A stretch of DNA of 36,432 bases from Candidatus Woesearchaeota archaeon. GTDB lineage: Archaea > Nanobdellota > Nanobdellia > Pacearchaeales > GW2011-AR1. Below, piece by piece: positions 35,138 through 36,432 of the stretch. The notes below the pieces were generated by a model. That model saw only the letters and a list, made by a program, of their open reading frames with translations. It searched no databases and was not told where the DNA came from. Both the position numbers and the translations under genes were made by a program. The stretch lies in assembly GCA_964466575.1 (NCBI GenBank), contig CAYXNP010000008.1, positions 9,060-45,491 on the forward strand, written 5' to 3'. The stretch's first letter is position 1, and each line of letters opens with the position of its first letter.

Positions 35138-35356
35138 ATGAGAATTTTTTTACTTTTTTTTATGTTTTTTATTATTGGAGGTTTGCTTTTGATAAGTAAT
35201 AATAATCTTGCATTTTATAAAGGAGAAAATATTTCAAATTTTAGTGCAATGTATTCTGAATGGTTGGGGCAGCTTTTTGGTAATTCTCAAAAGCTTGCCG
35301 GCAATGTTGTTAAGCTGAAATGGCTTCCAACTAATATTTCTGCGAGCGATAATTAA
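35138..35356 (+). CDS. Small membrane protein, paralog B of the tandem pair
   Basis: A TM; motif WLGQLFGNSQKLAGNVVKLKWL parallels paralog A; 1-nt spacing. Confidence 0.45.
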   Translation: MRIFLLFFMFFIIGGLLLISNNNLAFYKGENISNFSAMYSEWLGQLFGNSQKLAGNVVKLKWLPTNISASDN

Positions 35357-35411
35357 TTGTTATCATTTTCAATATTGAATCTAGTTCATCTAATTATCTT
35401 TTTGTGTGTGC

Positions 35412-35436
35412 AGGTGACATTTGTTACCTTTTTTTA
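35412..35436 (+). terminator. Hairpin AGGTGAC-ATTT-GTTACCT followed by T7; terminator of the membrane-protein pair
   Basis: Direct reading. Confidence 0.45.
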
Positions 35437-35702
35437 TGTGTAAATTTTCTTGCTTCGCAAAGATTAATGGCTCCGAGCCAACTCGTGACCTCGTTCGGTT
35501 ATTATTAAATCAAGTTAGTCCTTCGTGAAATCACTCGGACCAAGCTCAAGGCTCTCCGCTAAGAAATTGTTAACCCATAATTTTGAGATAGGTTGTTATC
35601 ATTTTTCTCGACGGAAAATCCTGACTTAGTCGGATTTGAAGTCGCAATAAATTTTCGAACGAAGTGAGAACTAATTTTCGGTAGCCCTTTGATATATGTC
35701 AG

Positions 35703-36077
35703 TTGCTTATACAAAATTACAGAAGAGTAAGTTTTAAAAACTATATTCTATTATATATATTGAAGATGGTGAAAAAAAAAGTGGCGAAGAAGTCTAAGAA
35801 GGTTAAATCAGTTAGACGGGGTTCTCGGTCAAAGAGTCGATTGCCTTCGGTTAATACAAAGACAGTTCGCGCTTCAAAAAGGAAAATAAAAATTATTACT
35901 GTTAATTTATTTATATCTGCAGTTATCGCATTAATATTTTTCGCACTGTGGTATAATACTGAAACAATTTGGCTGTATCAAACTTTCGGCGTTTTAGCAA
36001 TTATTTCCGGAGTTTTTGCCGCAACATTTTTAATTGTTTTATTGATTTTTTTTACTTTGAGATTGGTTGAGAAGTAA
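35703..36077 (+). CDS. Membrane protein with a highly basic N-terminus (likely start ATG 35767, MVKKKVAKK...) and two TM helices
   Basis: ORF track. Confidence 0.35.
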   Translation: MLIQNYRRVSFKNYILLYILKMVKKKVAKKSKKVKSVRRGSRSKSRLPSVNTKTVRASKRKIKIITVNLFISAVIALIFFALWYNTETIWLYQTFGVLAIISGVFAATFLIVLLIFFTLRLVEK

Positions 36078-36127
36078 AGTTTCGACGATTTGGGAAGATT
36101 TATTAATACATTATCCTTCTAGATTTT

Positions 36128-36409
36128 ATGAGAAAAGCGGTGTTTATTTTATCCCTAATTTTAATCATACTTCCTATTTATTTTAATATAATCTCTGCTG
36201 AATCTATAAATCAATCTGTTAATGAATCATACTTAACGATTAATTTAATATCTTGGCCAGAAGATGGAGGTGAGTTATATTATAATTATACTTATGAAGA
36301 AAATGAAACTGAAGATGAACTTCCATATCTATATAATTTTACTAATTCTTCAGATGTAGATACTTGTATATTATATATTGATAAATTAAAAGATATCCCC
36401 ATCTTTTAA
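36128..36409 (+). CDS. Small secreted or membrane-anchored protein with a signal/TM N-terminus and N-x-S/T rich region
   Basis: ORF track; hydrophobic MRKAVFILSLILIILPIYF. Confidence 0.35.
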   Translation: MRKAVFILSLILIILPIYFNIISAESINQSVNESYLTINLISWPEDGGELYYNYTYEENETEDELPYLYNFTNSSDVDTCILYIDKLKDIPIF

Positions 36410-36432
36410 GATGGGGCGTTGCTCCCCGCAAA

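Overview
The window is an AT-rich archaeal genomic segment. The reasons for calling it archaeal are replication factor C large and small subunits, an Ogg2-type 8-oxoguanine glycosylase, intron-containing tRNAs, a tRNA-Gln with an A1-U72 pair, and strong Shine-Dalgarno sites. The small proteins and reduced RFC-L suggest a DPANN-like lineage, but that is inference.

Three blocks stand out:

1. Positions 1 to about 7100 are markedly GC-richer than the rest. They carry an NfeD-flotillin (SPFH) operon, a Cys-rich secreted small protein, and a 3 kb stretch with only small SD-led ORFs.
2. Positions 7.8 to 16.3 kb are host core and accessory genes: a DsbA-like oxidoreductase, RFC-L and RFC-S, a VapBC-like PIN/AbrB pair, Ogg2, a standalone HATPase_c, a HepT/MNT toxin-antitoxin pair, and a DedA membrane protein.
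3. An integrated mobile element of about 13.3 kb (about 17194..30503) sits in the 3-prime end of an intron-containing tRNA-Glu(CUC). It encodes a Top6A/Spo11-like Toprim protein, a tyrosine integrase, wHTH and RHH regulators, a P-loop ATPase, and Zn-ribbon proteins. Its replication module is a small AEP primase-polymerase translationally coupled to a giant 1703-aa family B DNA polymerase, and degenerate copies of the tRNA 3-prime end bound the element on the right.

Downstream of the element are an alpha/beta hydrolase, a PLD-like HKD protein, a Nudix hydrolase, an intron-containing tRNA-Gln(CUG) and small membrane-protein paralogs. The intergenic DNA holds a family of stem-loop repeats with co-varying stems and tandem degenerate tRNA-Glu 5-prime modules. 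The mobile element and these RNA-like repeats are the most interesting material. All calls come from reading the sequence by eye, and no database searches were run.
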